Assembly: GCA_900128585.1 (NCBI GenBank)
Contig: LT642216.1
Span: forward strand, 1 to 32,508
Origin: Stramenopiles sp. TOSAG23-3
Lineage: Eukaryota
DNA: 32,508 bases
Reading direction: 5' to 3'
Notes under the pieces: model-generated
The model's database searches: none
Seen by the model: only the letters and a program-made list of their open reading frames with translations
Told to the model about the DNA's origin: nothing
In this document: in pieces, positions 31,991-32,508 of the stretch
Numbering within the stretch: the stretch's first letter is position 1
How the letters are laid out: each line of letters starts with the position of its first letter
Position numbers and translations under genes: made by a program

Positions 31991-32260
31991 TCAATTCCGC
32001 CCACCAACCCTGTCCCGAGGGATCAATCGCAGCTCCTTCCCGTGCTTCAAAAATACGCTTCCTGCGTCTTGCTGGGGGTTAATGCCTACCCCATCGTTCG
32101 TAATAATGGCACTTGTGCTAGGGTTTACTTTAAACTCTTCCGCGCAGTACTTCAATACAGCCGTGAACGGGGCTTTCTCCGGCACTTTGATGACACGGTA
32201 AGGAAGTTTCGGGTCGGACGCAAGCGTCACTTTAAACTCAACTTTTGCAACGGCAGCCAT
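31991..32260 (-). CDS. UFM1: Ubiquitin-fold modifier 1
   Basis: [41 protein letters not shown] and LIPRDRVG, followed by a short pro-extension GRN. Confidence 0.97.
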   Translation of the reverse strand: MAAVAKVEFKVTLASDPKLPYRVIKVPEKAPFTAVLKYCAEEFKVNPSTSAIITNDGVGINPQQDAGSVFLKHGKELRLIPRDRVGGRN

Positions 32261-32428
32261 GTCGTATATTGGTTATGGAAATAGATGCTATCAACAAATA
32301 AAAAATCGTGCACGTCCAAGCGTTGAATTAAATCTTACAATCAACAATCCAATCAACCAAACCTTTTTCAATCTAACCATATTTATATAGACACAATAAA
32401 AAACATTATACATCCTCCATAAACTAAA

Positions 32429-32429
32429 A

Positions 32430-32465
<36 letters not shown>

Positions 32466-32470
32466 AAAGA
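32429..32470. repeat. (AAAG)n microsatellite
   Basis: Read directly. Confidence 0.9.
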
Positions 32471-32508
32471 AGAAGAATTATATTATTCTTCTCCTGCATG
32501 CCCCCATC

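Noticed and set aside
13136-32260. Functional cluster of ER genes (Sec14, PGAP1, ALG3, UFM1), or a peptide-modifying cluster (methyltransferase, PhyH) for the KxxK protein
   Set aside because: The genes are interspersed with unrelated housekeeping genes in mixed orientation; no evidence beyond proximity.
1-32508. CRISPR array, rRNA, tRNA, transposase or viral hallmark genes
   Set aside because: No regularly spaced repeat-spacer array or recognisable motifs seen.

Overview
Gene-dense eukaryotic nuclear DNA read in the standard code. It is probably a free-living protist, possibly a stramenopile (low-confidence inference). About 17 essentially intron-less genes, mostly GC-richer, are separated by very AT-rich, microsatellite-laden spacers, with three N gaps. 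Recognisable genes: UBE2S, a DUF4396 protein, a GH28 polygalacturonase, a secreted RCC1/BLIP-II repeat protein, a Nup88/Nup82-like nucleoporin, a Sec14/CRAL-TRIO protein, PGAP1/Bst1, an EEF1AKMT4-like methyltransferase, ALG3, a bacterial-type GST, an IQ/coiled-coil protein, a PhyH dioxygenase, a 3xHMG-box protein, SmD3 and UFM1. Three genes are split by single-base frameshifts in homopolymers, most likely assembly errors. Best leads: (1) a secreted orphan precursor combining four CCxxC modules, a silaffin-like KxxK cluster, an RRL site and an SFLE motif, echoed by SFME in a second small secreted orphan; (2) an apparent BAG domain embedded in PGAP1; (3) a bacterial-type GST ending in the peroxisomal signal SKL; (4) a 24-26 bp element found three times, always in sense orientation just downstream of a stop codon and once forming a MITE-like inverted pair; (5) GC-rich, structured non-coding segments after the IQ and SmD3 genes. 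All family assignments come from motif recognition by eye; no searches were run.
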